A stretch of 64,000 bases of DNA from Paraspadella gotoi (taxonomy: Eukaryota > Animalia > Chaetognatha), in contig CM119268.1 in assembly GCA_051294375.1 (NCBI GenBank), forward strand, positions 10,237,607 through 10,301,606. The letters are read 5' to 3'. The position numbers were made by a program, and so were the translations under genes. Positions 1 to 11,789 of this stretch are shown here, piece after piece. The first letter of the stretch is position 1. Each line of letters begins with the position of its first letter. The notes below the pieces were generated by a model. That model was not told where the DNA came from and did not search any database. It saw only the letters and a list, made by a program, of their open reading frames with translations.

Positions 1-1319
1 GACGTATTATGATAAAGTATCCAGAAGATTAAATATTGTTAAGATTTAATATTGTTTTTTTTACATTGCAAATGATCATGGTTGTGTGTGGTTCTATTTA
101 GTTATTCAGTTAAAAGTATTCAAGCCTTTAAGTAGGTTGTGTGGACGAATAATCACGACGCGCAACCTCGTCCACATATATATTATATAACCGATGCTAT
201 GCTTGTCAGGAAAAACCATTTCTAATGTTGCATCTCCTACTAGCAGTCTCGCATCTCCTATTCGCTCCTTTAAAATCGGGTCGTTCTTGTTTCCAAAGAG
301 AATTTGCGAATAGATGTATTCACTTTCAAAACCAGCGAAGTTTTTTTGCGATGACGAAAATTCACGACGAAGAATCGAGGTTGGTCGTGAAAAACTGAAA
401 AACGAAATCCCAGGGGAGAAGAAGAGACAATGGGGAAGTTACATATGGATGAAGGCAACGTTGGTAGGTAACGGGAATGAGGAATTGATTTTAAGAATTA
501 TTTATAGTATAAATAATATTTAAACGTAGTAATTTATTAGATAAAAAAGGGGAAAAAATGTAGAGAGACAACGGAGGAAATACAACAAGTGGAAAAATGT
601 ATGTTAGCCGTTCCAGATTACCGATTACAGTGGAGAAAACAGAACGTTATTGCCACTTAAAAAGAAGAAGATTGAAAATGTTGAAAATTATAATTATATC
701 CAATCCAATCCAATTCAATCCAATTTAGTCCAAAATAGTAAAACAAATATTCTTGCAATTTTTCATAATATTGAAAGGAACGGCCTCTGCGACTTGTTTT
801 ATGTTATCAGCGGATTTAGAATTCCAGTGCCAACAATGGAACCATGAAAAAAATGAATGGAGGACTAACGGAAACGAGAAAGAAAAAAGGATAAAAGAAT
901 AAGCCAAAGAAGAAAAAGAAAAAGAGAAGCCGAATGAAAAAATGAAGTAATTGACAATACAAACAGAAATTGGGAAAGAAAAAAAAAGAAAAACTGATAT
1001 GCAAGCGAGACAAGGCAGCAAACACAACCACAGATAACTAGTGTTCAACACTTCCCTTCCTTAACTCGATCACCAGCCTCACCACCCTATCCTACCTCGC
1101 TAAACCATCTTCAAATCTACAAATTCTACCAAATCTATCAAATATTGCCAATTCCCAAATCTACCAAAGCTCTGCCAAATCCTCCAACGAACTCTTGACT
1201 TTCCTGCGACGCTAGATGTCAGCCAGCAAAGTTGGAACGGAGTCAGGTAATGCGAGCGGAGACTCTCGGAGAACTCGCAGACCTCGGCCGCCAACGCCGC
1301 TTAAAATTAATTTATGCCC

Positions 1320-2205
1320 TCTCCCTCTCTACTCTCTCTCTCCTCTCTCTCTCTCTACCTCTCTCCCTCCTCTCTCATCTCCCTCCTCGATCTCTCTCCT
1401 CAGTCGCTCTTTCTTTGCTCTAACGAACTTTTTTTTCGCTCTGCTTCTCACTTTTTTGGTTTAGATTTTTTTTTTTTCCATCTCACTTGTTTTTTATTCC
1501 GTTCTTGTTCCTTATCAACTCGGCGCATGTCATTCATTTAAGGAATTCCTACTTCATTTGCATCGTTAGTGTGGTCATTCATGCTCATTTCAGCTTACTT
1601 AATTGCCGTCCTCTCTCTCTCATCTCCTCAGTCTCTCCTCTCTACTGCTCTCTTCTCTCGATCTCTCTCTCTCATTCGTCTTCTCATCGTACTCTTTGCT
1701 CTAACGATTATTTTTCGGTCTGCTTTCACTTTTTTCGTTTAGCAAAATTTTTTTTCCTTCTCACTTGTTCCGTCTCTTACTTCGTATCTATCGTTCCTTT
1801 CACACTCGGGCATGTCATTTCATTAAGCAATTCCATACTTCATTTGCCCATCCGTTGTGTGTATCATTACTCTCATATTCGTTTCCTCGTCTTCGCTCGC
1901 TCTCTCTTCTCTCTATCATCTCTCTCTCTCGTCATCTCTCTCTCTCTCCCTCTTCTCTCAATCTCTCATCAGATCGTCTTTTTCCTTGCTCTTAACGAGA
2001 CTTTTTTTTCGGTCTGCTTTCACTTTTTTGTTTAGAAATTTTTTTTCCTCTCACTTGTTTTTTATTCGTTCCTATGCTTCCTTTTCAACTCGGGCATGTC
2101 ATTTCATTAAGAATTCCAACTTCATTTTGCCCATCCGTTGTGTGTTCATTATCGTCTTCATTTCGGTCTTATTGCCTCTCTCTCTCTCTCTCTCTCTCTC
2201 TCTAA
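1320..2205. repeat. Three tandem ~290-bp units, each with a (CT)n tract
   Basis: CTTGCTCT(T)AACGA...CTGCTTTCACTTTT...ACTCGGGCATGTCATTTCATTAAG recurs at about 1413, 1694 and 1985. Confidence 0.8.
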
Positions 2206-2442
2206 ACCACCCCTCTTTCTCTCCCTATTCCGGTTGCTCAAACTTGTCAAAGATTCTTTTCAGTAGTCATTTTAAACGAAAAACTAAAAAAAATTTGAGA
2301 ACTTAAAGAAAATGAGAGAATTTTGAAAACAAAAAAAAGTATTTCAAAAAAGTAAAAGACAATTCGACTTTTCCGTCGCTTTTAGTTTTTCCTCTTTCCC
2401 GCTCATTCGATTCAAAACAAGTTTTCCTTTCACTGTTTCTCC

Positions 2443-2509
<67 letters not shown>

Positions 2510-2958
2510 CAAAAGGGCCAGGTCAGACTCCACCCGGGTTCCTTTGAGAAAACGTCAAACAAAACAAATAAAAACAAAAACAGTCTTGAGTCTCGCGAGA
2601 TAAGACTCTGCTGTCGCGATGCCTTTTTGTTTTTTTTTCTGATCTCAACCTCGAAAAATCCGCGTCGCGTTTTCCTTTTAAAAGTTTTAATTCGTTGGTT
2701 AGCGACAGTCACGTGTTGTCAAGAGGCCATGAGAAAAGAATTAGATGCTTGAATTAGAGACTGACGACGACGACGACGACGACGACTACCCCGTCGCAGA
2801 AGACGTAGCTTAAGAATTTCTTTGAATACTTGATCTTCAATCTCACACAGATTTTCTTTTCTCCTTTTTTTTTTGCTTCACATTATTTCTCTGATTTTTC
2901 TCTGAAATTTTTTCACTATTTTTTTCGCTCTGTTTTCTTTTTTATTTCTTATATTCTT

Positions 2959-3145
2959 TATGAAATTGGTACAAACAATATAAAAATTATCCATTCATTT
3001 AATAAATAAGCTATCTTGCACCTGACTTTGGTGGTTTAAGGCCTCACTCTTACAAGATAATGACATAGCAGGTCCCTGCAAGCTTTTAATCTAGACTCTT
3101 TCAGTCTCGTTTATTCACTCCCAGAGTACCTGGCTTCCCTATCAA
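2959..3145 (+). repeat. Dispersed ~190-bp repeat, copy 1
   Basis: Colinear with 39892-40083 (TATCCATTCATTTAATAAATAAGCTATCTTGC...CTTTGGTGGTTTAAGG...CCCTGCAAGCTTT...CAGTCTCGTTTATTCA...CTATCAA), with many substitutions. Confidence 0.8.
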
Positions 3146-4549
3146 TGAAGTGGTATAATGTTTCAAAGAATGTTTCAATTGTATGATCAATTGTATCATT
3201 GTATTATCTTATTTATTTTCTTCTGCTTTTGTTCTTTCCACTTACACACGTTTCTTAAACTTTTTTTTATTTCTTATTCCAATTCGTTTCGCATTTCTTT
3301 TTCTCTAGTTTCTTTTTCTCTTTCTCACCAAAACTGCTCCGTTGTCCTATTTTCTTTTCCAGCCATCGTCTCGTCTCGTCTTCCTGAGCAAAACCTCTTT
3401 TCCTTTTCTCTCTTCTCTTCTTTAATTTAGCCCTAAGCTCAGGTTGGCTTCCTTTTTACTGTTATTATTTTATATTATTTTCCCTTTTTTATTTTTGTAT
3501 TTTATCATTGTCTTTTCTCCTATTAATCCTTTATTTCTACGTCTTCTTTTCTTTTTCATCTTTTTCCCTTTTGCTTTCTTTATTTTTCTTTTTCATTTTC
3601 CTCTTGTCTCCTTCCTCATTCTCTACTTTTTTTTTTTTTTTAAACATTTCTAAATCTCTTTTACTATTTCCCTCTTTTTTTCTTTCCTCTCCTTTTTACC
3701 TCTTCTTCCTCTTTTTTTCCCTTTTTTCTTTCTTTCCTTTCTCCCGATCCTTTTGTCCTTGAATTCTCGCGGCTTCGATTGTGGATCAAAAGAGGCTACG
3801 AGAAAACCCGTGGCCTTCGAGCGTAGGGGAGCGTGAGGGGGGAAGTGTGGACTAGTGTGGGAAGGGAGTGTGGGTAAAGCAGTGTGGGGGCCAACAGAGT
3901 GGAAAAGCTTCGATGAGTGAATCGTTGAAAAGCGCTGACCAGGCGAGACTCAACGACTCGTGGGCCGAAGGCGTCGATTGGAATTGACGAGGTCGTTGTT
4001 GTCGTTGTAGTTGTCGTTGTTGTTGTGGACGGGAGAATTGGACAAAAAGCAGCATTGACAAGGTTGTTGTTGTTGTTGTTTTTGGTTGTCGTCGTCGTTT
4101 GTTGGAAATTTCGATGTGAATCCGAGATCTCTGATCCTAATTTGCTCTGGTCTCTGATCTTTCTCTTCGAGTTTCCACGTTGATTGTTAATTCTTGCAAT
4201 TATCTTCGTAGTAGAATTTTGGCAATTAAAAAACTGTAACTGTAAATGCATTGCAATTAGGTAATGCGTGAATGGAAGGCGCTAGTATTTGGCGCAGTTA
4301 TGACGAGTTAAGAAAAATGGCGAAACGTTTCAACGTGGAAAAAAATAAAACGATTATCGGTGACTTGGAAAAAAAAAATATCGTGAAAAGAAAATAGAGA
4401 CGACGAATTTGGAGGCAAAGAATGAGAAGGAGAGAGAAAAAGAAATGAGGCGGAGTGAAAAGTGGAGAAGGAGTGAAAATAAAGGCGGCGACGAGGGGTG
4501 TTGCTTTTATCGGGGAATTTGAATTTCAAGTAAAGTGGAGTAAGGAAAA

Positions 4550-4853
4550 GGGAAGGCTTGGAAAATGGAAGGCATGGAAAAAGGAAGGCATGGAAAAAGG
4601 AAGGTATGGAAAAGGGAAGGTAGGGAAAAGGGAAGGCATGGAAAAAGGAAGGCATGGAAAAGGGAAGGCATGGAAAAAGGGGGGTATGGAAAAGAGAAGG
4701 CATGGAAAAAGGAAGGTATTGAAAAAGTAAGGTATGGAAAAGAGAAGGCATGGAAAAAGGAAGGTATGGAAAAGAGAAGGCATAGAAAAAGGAAGGCATG
4801 GAAAAAGGAAGGTATGGAAAAGAGAATGCATGGAAAAAAGAGGGTATGGAAAA
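4550..4853. repeat. 16-bp minisatellite GGAAGGYATGGAAAAR, about 19 copies
   Basis: Unit directly visible; the overlapping ORFs show a 16-aa (3 x 16 nt) periodicity. Confidence 0.92.
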
Positions 4854-5369
4854 GCGTTTAATGGAGAGACCAAGAATTGAACGGATTGGAAAGTCGTAAT
4901 GTAGAATGGAGTGGAATGGCGCTTTATGGTGGTGTGGCGAAAAGAAATGGCGAAAAATGGAAAGGCGGTAAAATGAAATGATGGATACTGAATAGTCGCA
5001 AAATGGAATGATGCGAAATTAAAAAAAAGGAAAAAAAGGGAAGAGCGAGGTTGAAAAATTTAAAAATCCATGATTTTCTTCTCTCAAAATTTGCTTTTTT
5101 ATCTTTTCTGAATTCGCTTTTCCTTCTTCAAACACTTGAAATGTTGGCGAAATTTCTTGAGGATACATTATGCCTATTTAGGGCTCTTATCTAAATTACA
5201 TATAATTTGTATTACTTACATTGTTGATGTAAGTGTTTGCTAATAAGGATCAGCAAACATGAGTCGTGAGAGAAGAATCGTAATCTTAGAGATTAACGAT
5301 CTGAAATGCCTTTGGTTCACAAAAAAAACCGAAAAAAAAAAAAAAAAAATCATAAGAGAGACCTCTGTT

Positions 5370-5411
<42 letters not shown>

Positions 5412-5619
5412 AGAGAGATATATATTATATTGAAAATAGAGAGAGCTTTAGGCCAGTTTTCAAAACTTACCTCAAAAAGCTACTTTATCCAAAAATAGAA
5501 TTTAACCACGATCCTGTTACTTTAAAACAATTAATTATACTTAAACTACTTTTTGTACTTCAATTTTACTTCAAGCTACTCTATCAAGAGAGAGAGAGAG
5601 AGAGAGATGAGAGAGAGAG

Positions 5620-5651
<32 letters not shown>

Positions 5652-5851
5652 GGAGAGAGAGAGAGAAGAGAGAGAGAGAGATAGGGAGAGAGAGAGAGAA
5701 GAGAAAGAAGAGAGAGTAGAGAGAGAGAGAGAAAAGAGGNNNNNNNNNNNNNNNNNNNNNNNNNCGCGGTGCGTAATGACTAATGACAAATGAGTGATTG
5801 AGGCGCCAGAGAAGAAAAGCCTCGGGTGAAGTCGGGAAAAGTGAAGTTGAT

Positions 5852-5990
5852 GGAAACCCTTTTAGTGATTAGGGTAAGGAAGGAAACCCTTTTAGTGATT
5901 TGGTGAAAAAAGGAAACCCTCATAGTGATTTGTTGAAGGAATGAAACCCTATTAGTGATTTCTTCAAGGACGGAATTCCTCTTAGTAACT
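5852..5990. repeat. 30-bp minisatellite, about 5 copies, conserved core GGAAACCCTWTTAGTGATT
   Basis: Core recurs at 5852, 5882, 5912, 5942 and 5972 with exact 30-nt spacing. Confidence 0.85.
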
Positions 5991-8525
5991 GTTCAATGGA
6001 AGAAGACCTTGATCGTTATTTTTATTTATTTATTTTTTTTTTTAAACCCTTTATCTAAACTCGAGGTCATTTTAATCCTTAAGTGGTTGAGCGGCTTCCT
6101 TGTGAGTCGCGGCTCTTCCATTCATTAAGTTGCAAAATGGCGACTTCGAAAAGAAATAGGCTTTTTGAAGAATGAAAAGTGGCAATAAAAGTCAGCTAAA
6201 GAAGAGCAAAACAGTTTTTGTTTTTAGTTTTGGGGCGTTTTTTTTTTAAGGTCTTAAACAAATGAGGAAGTTTAGCTATACAAGAATTCAAAACCAGGGA
6301 TTCCGGATAAAAATGTTCCAATGCTGATGATTCTACAATGCTCGGAAAGGTTTTAGGAAGAATTAGACATAAATTAAGTAAAGGAGATATGAGAGACGAG
6401 CAATTCATACGTACGTACGACGTATGAAAAGGGAGAAAAAAGAGAAAAAAAGAAACAAACAAGAACATAATAAGAACATAATTAACAACGAAGCAATGAG
6501 GAACATTTGGCAAAGTCTTGACGAATCTCTGACAATCACGTTTTAATCTTATGTTCTAAAATTAAGATCGTTGATGGCCCGAGGTATATCATTCGTGTCA
6601 GGAGGCGTGACAATGTCACTGACATGAAGTAAGTCATCGCGGAGGGACTCGGCGAGCACGCGGTGAGATTGATAAGCGGCGCCTGGCGACAGACAATAAG
6701 AAATCAGGCTAAACGAAAAAGAGCAAAAACGAGTTTTTTGTTATTTAGGTTCTTGGGGGCTGTTTTTTTTTAAGGTCTTAAACAAGATGAAAGGAAAGGT
6801 TGAGGCTGTGAGACAAGAAGTTCAAAACAGGGATTCTCTGAAAAATAAAGAAGTGTGATGCCAGATGCTGATGATTCTAAGCAATGACTCGGAAAGGTTT
6901 TAGAAGAGATTAGATAGCATAAAATTAAGTAAAGGAGACATGTGAGAGAAGTCTATATTCTCGTGCTATCATGCCGGAGCGCATATATCTATCTAGCGTT
7001 TAGATAAGCACAAGACGACACCTGAGAGTCTGACGTACCGACATTGGAGAGAGAGCTAAAGCGATCTATCGAGAGACTATCGCACGAGAGAGTGAGATCT
7101 ATTATGGGAGTGACCGAGAGGAGCGAGAGAGCACTTATGCAGCTCCCACACCACGACGAGCAACATACCGACGTGCACCGTTCAGCACGAGAGCTGGCCG
7201 CGAGCCACCACCACACACCATCACATGCGCAGCACCTGAGCGCGCGCAGCGTAGACCACTCACGCATGTATCAGCGCAGCCGATCACGAGCAGCTCGAGG
7301 CCGGCGAGCGGAGGCGATGATGTCCGATTGTAGCTATAAGATCACGGCATTCACCAATGGAAGCCGTGAATATGAGAGCCCGTGAAAAATCATTGGTTCC
7401 GATTGGGAGTGAGAAAAAGAGAGAGGAGAGNNNNNNNNNNNNNNNNNNNNNNNNNAGAGAGAGAGAGAGAGAGAGAAGCGATATTCAAGCGACGCGATTC
7501 TTCTGCCCGTTTCCTTTTCCGTCACAACGAACTCCATATTTTCCGCCATCTTGAAAAAAAAATTTTTCTTTTGTTTTTTGTTTTTCTTTCTTTTTGTTTT
7601 CACGTCATCTCATCTAAAAGACATTATCCTTCGCTCGCTTCCCGACTCGGGACGATGATGACGACGACGATGATGACGACGATGCTTCGAGAGACGATGC
7701 CAACGACGATACAAACGACCGATTCCAACTGCGAGATGAAATCCAACTCGGACAATTGCCTCTCACTGAAGGAATCAGCTTGAAGCTCATTCCGCTTCGG
7801 TTTTTAATTCAATCAACTCCTTCGCCAGCTGAGCAACGAATCTAACAGGGAAGTCGGAATTCCCGCCATCATTTCGGAAAATAGAATTATTTCCCGTTAC
7901 TTAGTAAATGAATTTCTAATCCGTATTTTTTACCTGTTGAAATTTTTAACCGGTTGGTGTACTTTTAGGAGTTATACTTCATTGGGTGAACTTCACAAAC
8001 AATTTATAATTATAAGAAAACTGCTTCCATTTCTAACATAATACATTTGCATAATTACAATGTCTAAATATTCTTTGAAATATTAAAATATTATAAAACT
8101 TGCTGAACAAATTAAAAACTATAAAAAGTTTGTTTGTTTTTTTCAAAAGCGAATTAAAAGATCAATAATCTAACTGCTTCAATATGCAAATAAGTTTACG
8201 AATATTATTTAAGAAATTAAGACTCCGCTACTCATTCATAGAATGAGACGAAGACGACGTCTCATCTCACTAAAATTGCCTTTTTCTTCAGTTCTTCGTG
8301 TCTCCTTTCTTTGCTTCTTCACTCGCCCAAATCTCTTTTCACTTCCTCTCTCGTTTTCACACTCTCTTTCACATCTTATCACTTTCACATCGTCGGCACA
8401 TCATCATCTAAAATGACTGTCAATCAAATCCCCGATGCCGCCACGTGTGCCTTTTCGGCCAGTCACTCACATCGATCATTCACCATCACCGTATATGTCT
8501 TAACTCTCACCGCCAGATGACTCAC

Positions 8526-8756
8526 TGTTCTTCTGATAGACGAGGATCTCGACGGATTCCTGCGTCTGCGTCTCGAGCGCCCCCTCGATCCTCCGCGTCA
8601 TCTCGACGTCGGTGGAGTCCCCGTACATAAAGTCACACTTGCAGGAGCGTTGCATGACCTCGGCGCGAGTGTAGCCCGAGAGCTTGGTGAAGCCTTCGTT
8701 GCAGTAGACGATGGGAAAGTCCACGATCTGAGCGTTGGCGAGCACGAAGCTGGCGT
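8526..8756 (-). CDS. eag: Eag-family K+ channel, coding exon 2 (PAS domain)
   Basis: Acceptor ttccctttttcacag|AC completes the phase-1 codon (C+AC = His), giving HASFVLANAQIVDFPIVYCNEGFTKLSGYTRAEVMQRSCKCDFMYGDSTDVEMTRRIEGALETQTQESVEILVYQKN, the Eag PAS domain. The exon is 231 nt and ends at donor A|GTGAGT (8525-8520). Confidence 0.96.
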
Positions 8757-10183
8757 CTGTGAAAAAGGGAAGGGTGGGTCAGTTCCTCTCTCTCTCTCTT
8801 CTCTCTCTCTCCGTGGCTCTTCTCTCCTCTCTCTCTCTCTCTCTCTCTCCATCGTCTTCTTACTCTCTCACCTTCTCTCTTCTTATTTCTTCGTTTTACT
8901 TTAAACTCATTCGTTTTAAATCTCTTGCTTCTAAAGTGAACCAAAATATATTTCTTTTTGTTCTATTTTCTTTCTTTTTTTCTTTATCACGTTTTCGTCG
9001 TCTTTTCTTTCGATCTTATGCACTTTGTTTTTTTTCTTTCTTTCTTTCTTTTCTTTTTTTCATTTCTTTCTTCTTCTTTCTTTCTTTCTTCCTATTTTCT
9101 TATTTTCTTACTCTCTTTCTTTCTTTCTTTCTTTAATTCATTCTTTTTTTATTTCTTTCTGTCTCTCTTATCCCGTTTTCTTTCTTTCCTCCTCTTTACT
9201 TCTTCTTTCCCTTCTCGATCCTTTTAACTAAACTGCCGCCGTTCGAAAAAAAGAAAATAAAAAAAAAAGCGGAACTGAAACACTTTTAGTCTGAGGCTCT
9301 AAAAATAGACAAATTCCTCCGGTTTCACATTTCTTCACATTTCTTCACATTCCACTTTCACATTTCAAAATTTGGTTTTTTTTTCCCGCGGAGTGGGAAG
9401 CCGCCTTCCAACGCCTCGAGTCTGGAACTTGACAACGTCGGCGACGACGACGACGACGACGACGACGAACGCAACAATTACAACGAGGAACACAATAACA
9501 ACCTTAAGGGTTTCCAATACGACCATAAAAGCAACAACCATGACAACAACGATGGCTTTGCCGTCGTCGATGACCTCACCTAATGCGACGACGACGACAA
9601 CATCAACGGGAATGACAACAACAACGACAAACAACAACGAGAATAACAACGACAACGACATCTCAGTTTCCGCCGCCGCGTCATTTCTCGTCTCCCGATA
9701 AAAAAAAATTAAAAATTCCGATATTTAGAGAATCTTTTAAATGTTTTCCCACCAAGCGACAAAATTGTCCCGCCTTATTTTTAAAATTATTCTATCCGCA
9801 TTTTTCTTTGGTAGATGTGAAAACGTCATCCGAGGACTGACGTAACTGTGAGCGGTGAATTCGATCAAATGAATTAGAGAAAATTCGTACAAAAATATAT
9901 AAAAAAATATCCATTTAGATATCTAGCCTCCTGACTTTTGACAGGCTATTGCAGATTTTAAAAAAAGCCTTCATTCCTCTCTCCTCCGCGTGCTAATAGG
10001 ATTGCAACCGGAGTGAGGGACTATTAATTACTGCCGCCACAACTAGTAGGAAGTTTTAAAAATGTAACAGAATCTACGTACACTTTCAGGGCGTGTCCCA
10101 TCAGAATTAGCATTCAGGGAACAAGTTTTGTGATTCTTTTTTTTAACTCGGTCTAGATAATTCGACGCCGTTACGCAAGTTAG

Positions 10184-10256
<73 letters not shown>

Positions 10257-11412
10257 AATCGTGGCCGCCCTGGAAGAGGGATGTGTATGAAAAGAGAAGA
10301 TGAAAATTCATGATACGAATTTCCGACGAAGATGGAATTGACGCGAGATAAAAACCATGAGGATTGAGGGTTGACCAATGAAAAGGATTCGCCAGAAAAT
10401 GCGAGGAGACGGAGACGAGAATGGCCGTCGAAACAACGACGACGACGACGACGACGACGATGAGGAGAAACAATCTTGTTTTGGATGATGTTTTCCAGCC
10501 CTCGGTACTGTTTCCCGTTAATTCCCATATAATTTTTTGGTTGGATTACTCGAAAAATTACGGAATCATTTGGTTCCTAAAAGGGCAATCGAAATTGTTT
10601 TACATAATCAGGACCAATGTCTTGATTACCATAATTCCTTCGTTTTTCTGTTTGTATGCATCTGCAGCGTAAAGTTATATGAACAAAAACACCTCAGTGT
10701 AAAACAATGACATATAAAAAATAAACTAAATGACACAATGTTGCTATCGTTGGAGAGGCCCAGGCTTACTTTTTTGGTTTTGTGACTAAATAGAGTTTGA
10801 ACTAGTTGAAACGCGAGAGTGGAGTCAGACTTTTTGGTAAAATGGTTCAAGCTGTTGTCCTTTCCTCAAACTCGACCTCATCATTTTCCTCTTTCCTTCT
10901 CTCACTGGAAAATACCTTTTTCTCTCTGCCACCTCATCCAATAAAAATATAAAATACGATCAAAAACCGCCGACGTGCGATTCCTCAATCAGATGCATAT
11001 ATTGTATTTACATTAAGCTAAGTAAACATAACGTCGACCAAGAACTTTGCCTTCGGCCTACTTCATCGTTTTGCGAGGACGACGACTACGACGACGACGA
11101 AGACAACAACGACGATAAGGATCTCGCAAAAGCAATACCGTTAGAAGAACGAAAATAAAATGCCCGAGGGGCGAATTTATGAACAGCTTTTCTCTTTTCT
11201 TTCCTTCTTTTTTTTTCCTCTTCTTTTTTCGCGGTTCTGTTTACTAAGGTTTATTTTTTTCGGCTCAAAGAGGAGTTTGCGCCTGCGGTAGGATTTCAAA
11301 AAAAAAGGAATCGCAAAGAAGGAAAAGGAAGAAAGGATAAGGATTAGATGGGGAAAAAAGGACGGGAGAGAGAAGAAGAGAGAGAGAAGAGGAGAGAACG
11401 AGTAGAGAGAAT

Positions 11413-11449
<37 letters not shown>

Positions 11450-11749
11450 ATGGTGGGAATGGCTTACGCCTCGCAGCTAGAACATAGGGAAAAGTCAACG
11501 AAAAAAAAAGGAAAAAAATCACTGAGGAGAAATTAAAAGGAAAACACAAAGTGGCGAAAGAAAAAAAAGGAAAGAAAGGAAGAGGCTGTATGAAACGTAA
11601 GGAAGGGACAGAAGAAAGATTAACAAAAAAAAAGTTAGAGACAGAGACGGAAAATAATTAGATGAAATGAAGAGAAAAATGAAGTCGACAGAAGAAGATG
11701 AGAGAAGAAAATGGAAGAATGAGGTATTAGGGGATTAAGGGATTAGGGA

Positions 11750-11789
<40 letters not shown>

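Noticed and set aside
4308-4873. Repetitive ORFs in several frames
   Set aside because: Product of a 16-bp minisatellite whose unit is not a multiple of three.
5852-5990. CRISPR-like repeat/spacer appearance
   Set aside because: Linkers are only 11 nt and related to each other, there are no cas genes, and the context is a eukaryotic intron.
6322-6352. CTGATGA...GAAA as another hammerhead (also CTGAAGA at about 40463 and 49524)
   Set aside because: No stem II pairing and no stem III or cleavage triplet.
6989-7385. GC-rich ORFs before the 25-N gap
   Set aside because: They follow a noisy duplicate (about 6700-6950) of 6195-6400 and look like low-quality raw-read sequence; no recognisable protein.
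1-8500. Searched by eye for eag exon 3 (TPLWL...PIKNE...LFL-like)
   Set aside because: No matching peptide seen on the minus strand; the exon probably lies beyond the window start or in a gap.
9372-9701. Thr-rich mucin-like ORF
   Set aside because: Translation of degenerate (GAC/AAC)n microsatellite, which is pervasive in this genome.
11724-11753. TTAGGG-like telomeric repeats
   Set aside because: Only three or four imperfect 7-8 nt units (ATTAGGGG/ATTAAGGG/ATTAGGG), not a telomeric array.
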